Source: Campylobacterales bacterium
GTDB lineage: Bacteria > Campylobacterota > Campylobacteria > Campylobacterales > Sulfurimonadaceae
Direction of reading: 5' to 3'
Length of the DNA stretch: 11,286 bases
NCBI GenBank assembly: GCA_038205935.1
Contig: JBBRBK010000064.1
Coordinates: 1-11,286, forward strand
Shown here one piece after another: positions 1-8,130 of the stretch. The position numbers and the translations under genes were made by a program. The notes beneath the pieces are model-generated. The model saw nothing but the letters and a program-made list of their open reading frames with translations, did not search any database and had not been told where the DNA came from. Position 1 is the first letter of the stretch, and each line of letters begins with the position of its first letter.

Positions 1-620
1 GTACTCCAAATAATCCAACGGGAGATGCAACGGATGCTGAGTCTTTAAAAGAGTTTATTGCTAAAGTGGATGATGATACTTTAGTCGTAATAGACGGTGC
101 TTACATGGAATATGCAATAGGTAAAGATATTTCTAAAAAAATTACTCCAAAAGATGTCCTAGAGGGTTTTAATAATACTATCTATCTTGGAACATTTTCA
201 AAAGCGTATGGACTTGGTGGAATGCGCGTTGGCTATGGAATCGCACCTGAGCCAATCATTGAAGCATTATATAAACTTCGTCCTCCTTTTAATATTACAA
301 CGCTTTCGTTAGAAGCAGCAAGTGTTGCACTCGAAGATGAAGCATTTGTAGAGATGAGTATAGAAAATAATTTTAAAGAGATGAAACGCTATGAAGAGTT
401 CGCAAAAACACATTCTCTTAAAATAATAGAAAGTTATACCAACTTTGTGACATTGTGTTTAAATGAGGGACAAAATTCTTCGCACTTAGCTGATTCTCTG
501 CTTAAAAAGGGTATGATAGTAAGAAATTTAAGCGGATATGGTCTTAATGCAATTCGTGTGACTATAGGCACACCTTTACAAAATGATCGATTTTTTGAAT
601 TAACATCACAATTATTATAA
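1..620 (+). CDS. hisC: Histidinol-phosphate aminotransferase, 5'-truncated by the window edge
   Basis: The frame is open from position 3 ([24 protein letters not shown]...), so the ORF-track start at 66 is not the real start. It has the class II PLP aminotransferase motifs [27 protein letters not shown] (PLP lysine), RPPFN and IRVTIGT. Stop TAA at 618-620. Position upstream of fliF matches the Campylobacter gene order. Confidence 0.95.
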   Translation, partial: TPNNPTGDATDAESLKEFIAKVDDDTLVVIDGAYMEYAIGKDISKKITPKDVLEGFNNTIYLGTFSKAYGLGGMRVGYGIAPEPIIEALYKLRPPFNITTLSLEAASVALEDEAFVEMSIENNFKEMKRYEEFAKTHSLKIIESYTNFVTLCLNEGQNSSHLADSLLKKGMIVRNLSGYGLNAIRVTIGTPLQNDRFFELTSQLL

Positions 621-629
621 CGGGCAGAT

Positions 630-2357
630 ATGGATTTTAAGGTACTTTTTTCGCAACTTTCCATAGTTTTTACTAAGCTAAGTAAAGCTCAGCGTATTAT
701 TATTGGCAGTGCAGTTGCCGGTATTGTTGCATTTCTTGTTTTTCTAATTGTCTTTACATCAAAAGATGCTATTAAAGACAAGAACTACGATATTTTGTTT
801 GAAAAATTGAGTAGTGAAGATGCATCAAAAGTTATTGGGCAACTTGATAAAGAAAAGATACCTTATACGGTCGGTGAAAATAATACGATTAAAGTTCCAA
901 AAGAGATGGTTTATAAACAACGTATTTCTATCGCTTCTATGGGAATTCCTTCAAATAAGAGTGTTGGTTTTGAGCTCTTTGATACGCAAGAATTTGGAGC
1001 AACAAGTTTTGATCAAAATGTTAAATATCTTAGAGCATTAGAGGGTGAACTCTCACGAACTATCTCTGCGCTTGATCCTGTAGAAGGAGCGAGTGTTTCA
1101 CTTGCCATTCCAAAAGAAACACTTTTTGTTTCAAAGCAAACGGATCCTACTGCGTCTATAGTTGTAAAACTTAAAGAGGGAAGAACTCTTACCACTCAGC
1201 AGATACGTGGTATTAAAAACCTTGTCGCTTCGGCTGTTCCTAAACTTACAATAGCAAATGTCGTAATGGTTGATGGTAATGGTGACCTTTTAGGCGATAA
1301 TGATGAATCAGCACAACTTGGAGAACTTTCAGCCGTTGAGCAGAAGTATAAGTCTAAAGAAGAGAAAAAAAGCGAGCAAAAGATCATAGAAGTTTTATCT
1401 CCATTTTTGGGTGGAGATAGTCATGTTGTTGCAAAAGTGACTATTGAATATGATTTTGCACAAAAAAGTTCAACCTCTGAAAAATATGATCCTGATAATG
1501 TGGTAAGAAGTGAGCAGACCTCTGAGGAAAAACGGGATGGTAGTACTCCTGTCGCTGATGGCGGTGTCCCTGGAACTGTGAGTAACATTGGTCCTGTTGC
1601 GGGGATGGATGGTAATAAAACAAGTACGGAAAAATATCAAAAAACTACCGGAACAACAAACTATGAGATTTCAAAAACAATATTGACACAAAAAGATCAG
1701 TTTGCAAGTATAAAAAGAATTACAGCAGCCGTTGTTGTGGATGGAAAATATCAGCATAAAATGGACAAAAATGGTAAACCAACAGATGAGATGGAGTATG
1801 TAGCGCTTGATCAAACTCAGCTTGACTCTATTAATCAACTTGTTTCACAGTCTATAGGGATTTCTGGGGAACGTGGAGACCAGGTTTCCATTAAGAATTT
1901 TGAGTTTAAAAGTTCTAGTGATGCTATGGCTGGTGCTGATGGTGCAGGTAAATTTTCAAGTTTTATAGCAAACTACATTACACCTTTTGCAGATGTTTTT
2001 AAATATATATTTGTAGCACTTGCTCTTTTTATTCTTTACAAAAAAGTTATTGCTCCATTTGCGCAGAAAATGCTTGAAGTCTCCAAAGAAGAGGACGAGA
2101 TCGAAAGACCTGTTTTGGATATACAAGATGATGAAGATGATGACCTTATTGAGAGAGTTCAGGAGATGCGTAAAAAAGTGGAAGACCAACTTGGTGTTGG
2201 ACAAAATTTTAATGAAGATGAACTCAAATATGATGTTCTTTTAGAAAAACTTCGATCTATGACAGAAGATCATCCTGATGATATGGCAATGCTCATTCAA
2301 AGTTTGATCAGTGAAGAATCTTCAGGTGGATATACACCAAAAAATCCGGAGGGCTGA
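630..2357 (+). CDS. fliF: Flagellar basal-body MS-ring protein FliF (575 aa)
   Basis: N-terminal TM segment; motifs GFELFD, ALEGELSRTI, PTASIVV, VRSEQ, GVPG..SN, TTNYE and RITAAVVVDG; second TM near residue 460; directly followed by fliG and fliH. Confidence 0.97.
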   Translation: MDFKVLFSQLSIVFTKLSKAQRIIIGSAVAGIVAFLVFLIVFTSKDAIKDKNYDILFEKLSSEDASKVIGQLDKEKIPYTVGENNTIKVPKEMVYKQRISIASMGIPSNKSVGFELFDTQEFGATSFDQNVKYLRALEGELSRTISALDPVEGASVSLAIPKETLFVSKQTDPTASIVVKLKEGRTLTTQQIRGIKNLVASAVPKLTIANVVMVDGNGDLLGDNDESAQLGELSAVEQKYKSKEEKKSEQKIIEVLSPFLGGDSHVVAKVTIEYDFAQKSSTSEKYDPDNVVRSEQTSEEKRDGSTPVADGGVPGTVSNIGPVAGMDGNKTSTEKYQKTTGTTNYEISKTILTQKDQFASIKRITAAVVVDGKYQHKMDKNGKPTDEMEYVALDQTQLDSINQLVSQSIGISGERGDQVSIKNFEFKSSSDAMAGADGAGKFSSFIANYITPFADVFKYIFVALALFILYKKVIAPFAQKMLEVSKEEDEIERPVLDIQDDEDDDLIERVQEMRKKVEDQLGVGQNFNEDELKYDVLLEKLRSMTEDHPDDMAMLIQSLISEESSGGYTPKNPEG

Positions 2358-2361
2358 TACA

Positions 2362-3387
2362 ATGAACTTATCTACAAGCCAAAGAGCACAGTTTGATGAG
2401 ATGTCAATGTCTGAAAAGATAGCGATTTTATTACTCCAACTTGGAGAAGATATTACAGCCAATATCTTTTCTCATTTAAGTGTTGACGCAATCACAGAGA
2501 TTTCAAAACATATAGCATCTAACCGAGCCATCGATAAAGCGGTCGCTACAAATATTTTAGAAGAGTTTCACGCCATTGTGCAATCAAGCCAATATATTAC
2601 ATCTGGGGGTATGGAGTATGCAAGAGAACTTTTATATCGTACACTGGGACCTGAAGAAGCGAAAAAAGTTTTAGAGAAACTCTCCAAAAGTATGCAAAGC
2701 TCTCAAAATTTTGCATATCTTTCAAAAATTAAACCACAGCAACTCTCAGACTTTATTATTAATGAGCATCCTCAAACTATAGCTCTTATTTTGGCGCATA
2801 TGGATCCATCATCAGCAGCAGATGTGCTTGGGTATTTTTCAGATGATTTACGTGCTGAAGTTGCTATGAGAATGGCAAAACTTGGAGATATTTCACCGTC
2901 TGTCATTAAGAGAGTAAGTGCTGTTCTTGAGTCTAAACTTGAATCTCTTGCAAGTTATAAAGTCGAAGTTGGCGGACCGCGTGCTGTGGCTGATGTATTT
3001 AACAGACTTGGAGCAAAAGCGTCTAAAGCGACCCTTACTTCTATTGAGCAGATTGATGAAGAGTTGGCAAGCGCAATTAAAGAGATGATGTTTACATTTG
3101 AAGATATAGCAAAGCTTGATGGCAATGCAGTAAGAGAGATTTTAAAAGCTTCTGACAAACAAGACCTTATGCTCGCACTCAAGAGTTCTCCTGAAGATCT
3201 TAAAGAGAAGTTTTATGCAAATATGTCTCAGCGTGCTAGAGAAACATTTGAAGAAGAGATGCAATTTATGGGTGCTGTGAAGATGAAAGATGTCGAAAAT
3301 GCACAACGTAAAATTGTTGAAGTCGTAACTCAGTTATCTGAACAAGGACTTGTCCAGATGGGTGAAACTGAAGAGATGATCGACTAA
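2362..3387 (+). CDS. fliG: Flagellar motor switch protein FliG (341 aa; start revised from 2311 to ATG 2362)
   Basis: Motifs KIAILLLQLGE, GGMEYA, EHPQTIALIL, GGPRAVA, MFTFED and NMSQRA. ATG 2362 follows a GGAGG SD at 2348-2352 and lies 4 nt after the fliF stop. Confidence 0.97.
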   Translation: MNLSTSQRAQFDEMSMSEKIAILLLQLGEDITANIFSHLSVDAITEISKHIASNRAIDKAVATNILEEFHAIVQSSQYITSGGMEYARELLYRTLGPEEAKKVLEKLSKSMQSSQNFAYLSKIKPQQLSDFIINEHPQTIALILAHMDPSSAADVLGYFSDDLRAEVAMRMAKLGDISPSVIKRVSAVLESKLESLASYKVEVGGPRAVADVFNRLGAKASKATLTSIEQIDEELASAIKEMMFTFEDIAKLDGNAVREILKASDKQDLMLALKSSPEDLKEKFYANMSQRARETFEEEMQFMGAVKMKDVENAQRKIVEVVTQLSEQGLVQMGETEEMID

Positions 3388-4175
3388 TGAAAACATTAAT
3401 CACGACAGATAATCTCGTGAATCACACGGTAGATAAGTACAGATTTAAAGTTTTTTCTAGTCATGGCAGTGAACTCGAAGATTCACATGATCAAGGGTTA
3501 GCGTATGAAAACTTTCAGCCATTAGATTTAGAGTTTGAGCCCGAACATGAAACTCCCGTAGATATTGGAAATAGAGACGAACTTGTCGAATCACTCTTAA
3601 AAAAAACCGATGAAATGACATCCAATTTTATAAAACTTCAGATGAAACTTGAAGCACAAGAAGAAGAGTTTAAAGCAAGAGTCGAAATAGAAAAAAAAGA
3701 GGCTTACGAAAAGGGTCTGCACGATGCCGCGCAGCAGACAAGTTCAAAAATTGAAAGTGACAAAGTTACGGCAATAGCTCAGTTTGCAGATTCTATTAAG
3801 ACTCTTGAAAATAGTGCAAATGAGTATAAATCAGCTCTTGAGAGTATTAAAAAAGAGCTTCTTGAAGCAGCACTGGATATTGCAAAAGAGGTCATTGAAG
3901 TAGAACTGAGTTCAAACTCTTCTAAAGTAGCATATACGCTTGCATATGAGCTTATTAAAGATCTTCAAACTGCAAGTAAGATCAAACTTAAAGTGAACCC
4001 CAATGATCACGGGTGGCTCTCAGAGAAAATCGGATCTTTAGGAAATATAGAGATAATATCAGATCGAGCAGTAAGTCCCGGTGGAGTCGTTGCCATTAGT
4101 GACGCTGGAAATATAGATGCGCAGATTTTAAACCGCTACGAACGAGTTAAGCAAGCGGCTTTGCAAGAAGATTAG
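3387..4175 (+). CDS. fliH: Flagellar assembly protein FliH (262 aa)
   Basis: TAATG stop/start overlap with fliG; coiled-coil region with AYEKG; C-terminal LKVNPND and SPGGVVAISDAGNIDA typical of FliH; conserved fliFGH order. Confidence 0.93.
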   Translation: MKTLITTDNLVNHTVDKYRFKVFSSHGSELEDSHDQGLAYENFQPLDLEFEPEHETPVDIGNRDELVESLLKKTDEMTSNFIKLQMKLEAQEEEFKARVEIEKKEAYEKGLHDAAQQTSSKIESDKVTAIAQFADSIKTLENSANEYKSALESIKKELLEAALDIAKEVIEVELSSNSSKVAYTLAYELIKDLQTASKIKLKVNPNDHGWLSEKIGSLGNIEIISDRAVSPGGVVAISDAGNIDAQILNRYERVKQAALQED

Positions 4176-4181
4176 GAAGCA

Positions 4182-6014
4182 ATGAAAAAAGAACTAAAGT
4201 CATATAATATTGAACAATTAAACCAATTATGCAAAGATATAAGAGGAAGAATTTTAGAAGTCGTGAGTAAAAATGGTGGGCATCTGGGTTCTACTTTGGG
4301 TGCAACAGAACTTATTGTGGCAATGCATAAGGTTTTTGACTCTTCTAAAGATCCTTTTATCTTTGATGTTTCACATCAGGCATATGCACATAAACTACTT
4401 ACGGGTCGTTGGGATGAGTTTGAGACTCTAAGAGAGTTTGGCGGTCTTAGTGGATATACAAAACCCTCTGAGAGTCCAGATGATTATTTTATTGCAGGAC
4501 ACAGTTCTACTTCTATCTCTCTTGGAGTAGGCGCGGCAAAAGCTATCGCCTTAAATAATGAGCAAGATTCAAGAGTGCCAGTTGTGATGATCGGTGATGG
4601 TTCAATGACTGCTGGTATGGTGTATGAAGCTTTAAATGAGTTGGGTGATAGAAAATATCCGATGATCATTATTTTAAATGATAATGAGATGAGTATCGCT
4701 GCTCCCATCGGCGCATTAAGCCGAATGCTCAGCTCTGCTATGGCTTCCCCTTTTTACCAAAAGTTTAAAAAAAGAACAGAAAGTTTTGTTGACAACTTTG
4801 GTGAGGGCGCAAGGTACATAGCAAAAAGATTAGAAGAATCACTCAAACTCATTACTCCGGGAATTTTATTTGAAGAGATGGGTATTGATTATATTGGTCC
4901 TGTAGATGGGCATGATATTAAATCTTTAATTGAGATTATGGAACTCGCTAAGGGGATGAAAAAACCTGTTATTATCCATGTGCAAACGCTCAAAGGAAAA
5001 GGGTATGAGATTGCTGAGGGTAAGCATGAAAAATGGCATGGAGTAGGGCCATTTGATTTAGCAAGCGGAGACAGTCAGAAAAAATCTCCTGCAAAATCAG
5101 CAACGCAAATTTATACAGAAGCACTCTTACATGTAGCCGATAGGAATGAAAAAATTGTTGGAGTTACTGCGGCAATGCCAAGTGGAACAGGACTAACAAA
5201 ATTGATGGAAAAATATCCAAATCGCTTTTGGGATGTTGCTATTGCAGAACAACATGCAGTTACTTCGATGGCGGCGATGGCAAAAGAGGGATTTAAACCA
5301 TTTTGTACGATCTATTCTACATTTTTACAACGCGGTTATGATCAAGTCATACATGATGTTTGTTTGATGGATCTACCCGTTGTTTTTGCACTTGATCGCG
5401 CGGGAATAGTTGGTGAAGATGGAGAAACTCATCAAGGGGCATTTGATGTCAGTTTTCTCAGAGCCATTCCGAATATGACACTTTTAGCGCCACATGATGA
5501 AAAATCTTTTCATCAAGCTGTTGGTTTTGCTTCGACATATATGCATCCATGTGCTATTCGTTACCCAAGAGGTTCTTTTTTTGAAAGTGAACTTCCCGAG
5601 TCGATCCCTTTTGAAGTTGGAAAATCGCAATTGATGGTTTCAAATGTCAGCGATATTTTACTGATAGGTTATGGTAATGGCGTTGGGCGCGCTTATGCAA
5701 CGATGCAATTGCTTGATTTTAAAGTCTCTCTTTTGGATCTTAAATTTGTAAAACCTCTTGATGAAGAGATGTTGCTTAGCCTTACATGTAAGCATAAAAA
5801 GTGGTTTGTTTTTAGTGACAGTGCAAAAGCTGGCGGTGTTGGAAGTGCAATTTTAGAGTTCTTATCTGCGCAAAAAAATCAAGATGTTGACCTTGTAAGT
5901 TTTGAGTATGAAGACAGCTTTATTAAGCATGGAAATACAGTGTTGGTTGAAGAGAGTTTAGGTCTTCGCCCACAGCAGTTGGCAGAAAAAATCAGAAATA
6001 TTGTAAAGAGTTGA
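4182..6014 (+). CDS. dxs: 1-deoxy-D-xylulose-5-phosphate synthase (610 aa)
   Basis: Motifs GGHLGSTLG, DVSHQAYAHK, GHSSTSIS, TPP-binding GDGS...NDN, DVAIAEQH, YSTFLQR and DRAGIVGEDGETHQG. AGGA SD at 4174-4177. Confidence 0.98.
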   Translation: MKKELKSYNIEQLNQLCKDIRGRILEVVSKNGGHLGSTLGATELIVAMHKVFDSSKDPFIFDVSHQAYAHKLLTGRWDEFETLREFGGLSGYTKPSESPDDYFIAGHSSTSISLGVGAAKAIALNNEQDSRVPVVMIGDGSMTAGMVYEALNELGDRKYPMIIILNDNEMSIAAPIGALSRMLSSAMASPFYQKFKKRTESFVDNFGEGARYIAKRLEESLKLITPGILFEEMGIDYIGPVDGHDIKSLIEIMELAKGMKKPVIIHVQTLKGKGYEIAEGKHEKWHGVGPFDLASGDSQKKSPAKSATQIYTEALLHVADRNEKIVGVTAAMPSGTGLTKLMEKYPNRFWDVAIAEQHAVTSMAAMAKEGFKPFCTIYSTFLQRGYDQVIHDVCLMDLPVVFALDRAGIVGEDGETHQGAFDVSFLRAIPNMTLLAPHDEKSFHQAVGFASTYMHPCAIRYPRGSFFESELPESIPFEVGKSQLMVSNVSDILLIGYGNGVGRAYATMQLLDFKVSLLDLKFVKPLDEEMLLSLTCKHKKWFVFSDSAKAGGVGSAILEFLSAQKNQDVDLVSFEYEDSFIKHGNTVLVEESLGLRPQQLAEKIRNIVKS

Positions 6015-6021
6015 AAGAATT

Positions 6022-8130
6022 GTGTTAGAAAAATATTATAGTGCTCCGCCACTTTTAATCGGAGAAGATATACAAATAAAGCGTGAAGAGATTCGCCACT
6101 ATTTTCATAATAGTTTTGACCTTTTTGAGAGACTGTTTGATCTTTTAAAAGATGATTCTGTTTTTTACAAACAATCCGAACCGACGCGCCACCCGATGAT
6201 CTTCTATTTTGGTCACACAGCCACTTTTTTTGTCAATAAACTTATCTTATGCGGAATCATTACAGAGCGTATTAATCCAAAATTTGAGTCTATCTTTGCC
6301 ATCGGTGTGGATGAGATGCATTGGGATGATATGAGTAGTGCGCAACATGGATGGCCACAAGTCAGTGAAGTACGAGAGTATAGAAACCAAGTGCGAGCGC
6401 TTGTTGATAATCTCATCTCAACGCTTCCTCTGACTTTGCCAATAGCGTGGGAAGACCCATTTTGGATCATTTTAATGGGCATTGAACACGAACGTATACA
6501 CATCGAAACATCTTCTGTATTACACCGCCAGATGCCTTTAGAGTTTATTAAAGAGGTAAAAGAGTTTGACATTTTTGATGATGCAAGTGAGAGCTTTCCT
6601 TCTAACGCCTTAGTTGCGATTAATGGTGACACACTTGTTCTAGGAAAAGATCATACACATCATTTATATGGCTGGGATAATGAGTATGGAGCTCTTACAT
6701 GTAAGGTCGAAGATTTTAGAGTTTCCAAGTTTTTGGTGAGTAACGGTGAGTTTTTGGAGTTTGTACAAAACGGCGGTTATGAAGATAAAACATTTTGGGA
6801 TGATGAGGGATTGAAATTTTTACAGATTTCAAAAGCCAAACATCCTATTTTTTGGGTTAAAGAGGCAGAATCCTTTAAATACAGAACACTCAGTAAAATC
6901 ATAGAGATGCCAAAAAACTGGCCTGTGGATGTGAATGCTCTTGAAGCACAGGCATTTTGCAGATATATTTCAAAGCGTGATGGCGTTAGTTATACACTAC
7001 CAAGTGAAGCGCAGTGGGTTAGACTCTATGAATATGCAGATTTAAAAGATGTGCCAGAGTTTGATGATGAAAATGCAAATATCAATCTTACGCAGCATAT
7101 GAGTGCATGCAGTGTTGATAAATTTGCATTTAAAGAGTTGTATGATGTTGTGGGAAATGTCTGGCAGTGGACGAGAACTCCCTTCGATGAATTTGAAGGC
7201 TTTAAAGTTCATCCGGCGTATGATGATTTTTCAATACCGACATTTGATACAAAGCACAATATTTTAAAAGGAGGCTCTTTTATAAGTACAGGCAATGAGA
7301 TTATGAAACACTCACGCTACGCTTTTAGACGCCATTTTTACCAACATGCGGGATTTCGTTATGTGATTGATAAAGGTGAGGCAAACATGCAAACAGAAGA
7401 TATCTATGAGAGTGACGAGTTAGTTTCCCAATACTGTGAATTTCAGTATGGAGACGAGCATTTTGGAGTGAAAAATTTTGCTATTGAGTGTGCAAGCAAG
7501 GCCGCATCATTTTGTGAGAATAAAGCAAAAGCACTAGATCTAGGCTGTGCAACTGGACGAGCATCTTATGAACTTGCAAAATATTTTGATGAAGTGGAAG
7601 GTGTTGATTTTTCAGCACGTTTTGTCTCCGTGGCAACACGTCTTAAAGAGGATGGATATATCGCGTACCGCTCAAAAGAGGAAGGTGATCTCTTTACTTT
7701 GAAAAAAGTGACACTCGAAGATCTCGGATTTGATAATATTGCTGAAAAAGTAAGTTTTTGGCAGGGTGATGCATGTAACTTGAAGCCGAGCCTGAGCGGA
7801 TATGATCTGATTATGGGAACAAATCTTATAGACAGACTTTACAATCCGATGCTCTTTTTACAAGATATTCAAACTCGTTTAAATGATGGTGGAGTTTTAG
7901 TGCTCACATCTCCATATACATGGCAAGAAAGTTCGACAAAGAAAGAGCTGTGGCTTGGCGGTTATGTGGATGAAAACGGTCAAGAAATCAAAACTATAGA
8001 AAAGTTACAAGAGGTTTTAAAGGGTCAATTTGAACTTTTACATATTCAAGATCTTCCTTTTGTTATTAAAGAAAGTGCGCGCAAGTATCAGCATACTCTC
8101 TCACAAATGAGTGTATGGAAAAAAAGATGA
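6022..8130 (+). CDS. ovoA: 5-histidylcysteine sulfoxide synthase / mercaptohistidine N-methyltransferase OvoA (ovothiol biosynthesis; DinB-like, FGE-sulfatase and SAM-methyltransferase domains; 702 aa, GTG start)
   Basis: OvoA signature motifs RHPMIFYFGHTATFFVNKL (H65), FAIGVDEMHWDD, MGIEHERIHIETSSVL (iron-binding HX3HXE, H156/H160/E162), YGWDNEYG, GNVWQW, HPAYDDFS (Y400) and RYAFRRHFYQHAGFRY. The C-terminal class I methyltransferase has ALDLGCATGR, FWQGDACNL, NLIDRL, SPYTW and WLGG. Confidence 0.95.
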   Translation: MLEKYYSAPPLLIGEDIQIKREEIRHYFHNSFDLFERLFDLLKDDSVFYKQSEPTRHPMIFYFGHTATFFVNKLILCGIITERINPKFESIFAIGVDEMHWDDMSSAQHGWPQVSEVREYRNQVRALVDNLISTLPLTLPIAWEDPFWIILMGIEHERIHIETSSVLHRQMPLEFIKEVKEFDIFDDASESFPSNALVAINGDTLVLGKDHTHHLYGWDNEYGALTCKVEDFRVSKFLVSNGEFLEFVQNGGYEDKTFWDDEGLKFLQISKAKHPIFWVKEAESFKYRTLSKIIEMPKNWPVDVNALEAQAFCRYISKRDGVSYTLPSEAQWVRLYEYADLKDVPEFDDENANINLTQHMSACSVDKFAFKELYDVVGNVWQWTRTPFDEFEGFKVHPAYDDFSIPTFDTKHNILKGGSFISTGNEIMKHSRYAFRRHFYQHAGFRYVIDKGEANMQTEDIYESDELVSQYCEFQYGDEHFGVKNFAIECASKAASFCENKAKALDLGCATGRASYELAKYFDEVEGVDFSARFVSVATRLKEDGYIAYRSKEEGDLFTLKKVTLEDLGFDNIAEKVSFWQGDACNLKPSLSGYDLIMGTNLIDRLYNPMLFLQDIQTRLNDGGVLVLTSPYTWQESSTKKELWLGGYVDENGQEIKTIEKLQEVLKGQFELLHIQDLPFVIKESARKYQHTLSQMSVWKKR
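7373..7389 (+). promoter_or_regulatory. Putative internal ribosome-binding site and in-frame ATG within ovoA
   Basis: AAGGTGAGG (7373-7381) contains AGGTGA and GAGG, both complementary to the anti-SD. It sits 5 nt before the in-frame ATG at 7387 (M456), at the start of the methyltransferase domain. Confidence 0.45.

Noticed and set aside
1..620. hisC as a dedicated member of the ovothiol cluster
   Set aside because: The hisC-fliF linkage also exists in C. jejuni, where dxs is followed by perR rather than ovoA, so adjacency does not show recruitment.
600..630. Sigma54 or sigma28 flagellar promoter upstream of fliF
   Set aside because: There is only a 9-bp gap after hisC and no convincing GG-N10-GC or CGAT-type element at suitable spacing, consistent with read-through from an upstream housekeeping promoter.
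434..4708. Short alternative-frame and antisense ORFs (434-664, 814-1041, 1013-1195, 1196-1387, 1441-1623, 1956-2204, 2020-2244, 2955-3182, 4484-4708)
   Set aside because: They lie within or across well-supported hisC, fliF, fliG or dxs genes and have no recognisable motifs; they are typical shadow ORFs.
6213..6632. 139-aa antisense ORF inside ovoA
   Set aside because: It mirrors the conserved iron-binding region of ovoA on the opposite strand, has a Ser-rich shadow composition and shows no motif.
8119..8125. A7 tract at the ovoA/lyase junction, and other A7-A8 runs, as phase-variation or frameshift sites
   Set aside because: Such runs are frequent in this AT-rich, Lys-rich coding DNA. All frames are intact and there are no long poly-G/C tracts.
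6022..8130. Alternative calls of EgtB (ergothioneine), SenA/OvsA (selenium pathways) or a generic formylglycine-generating enzyme
   Set aside because: The RHPxIFYxGHT, GVDEMxWDD and RYAFRRHFxQHAGFRY motifs and the fused C-terminal methyltransferase point to OvoA. No egtD or selenium genes are adjacent.
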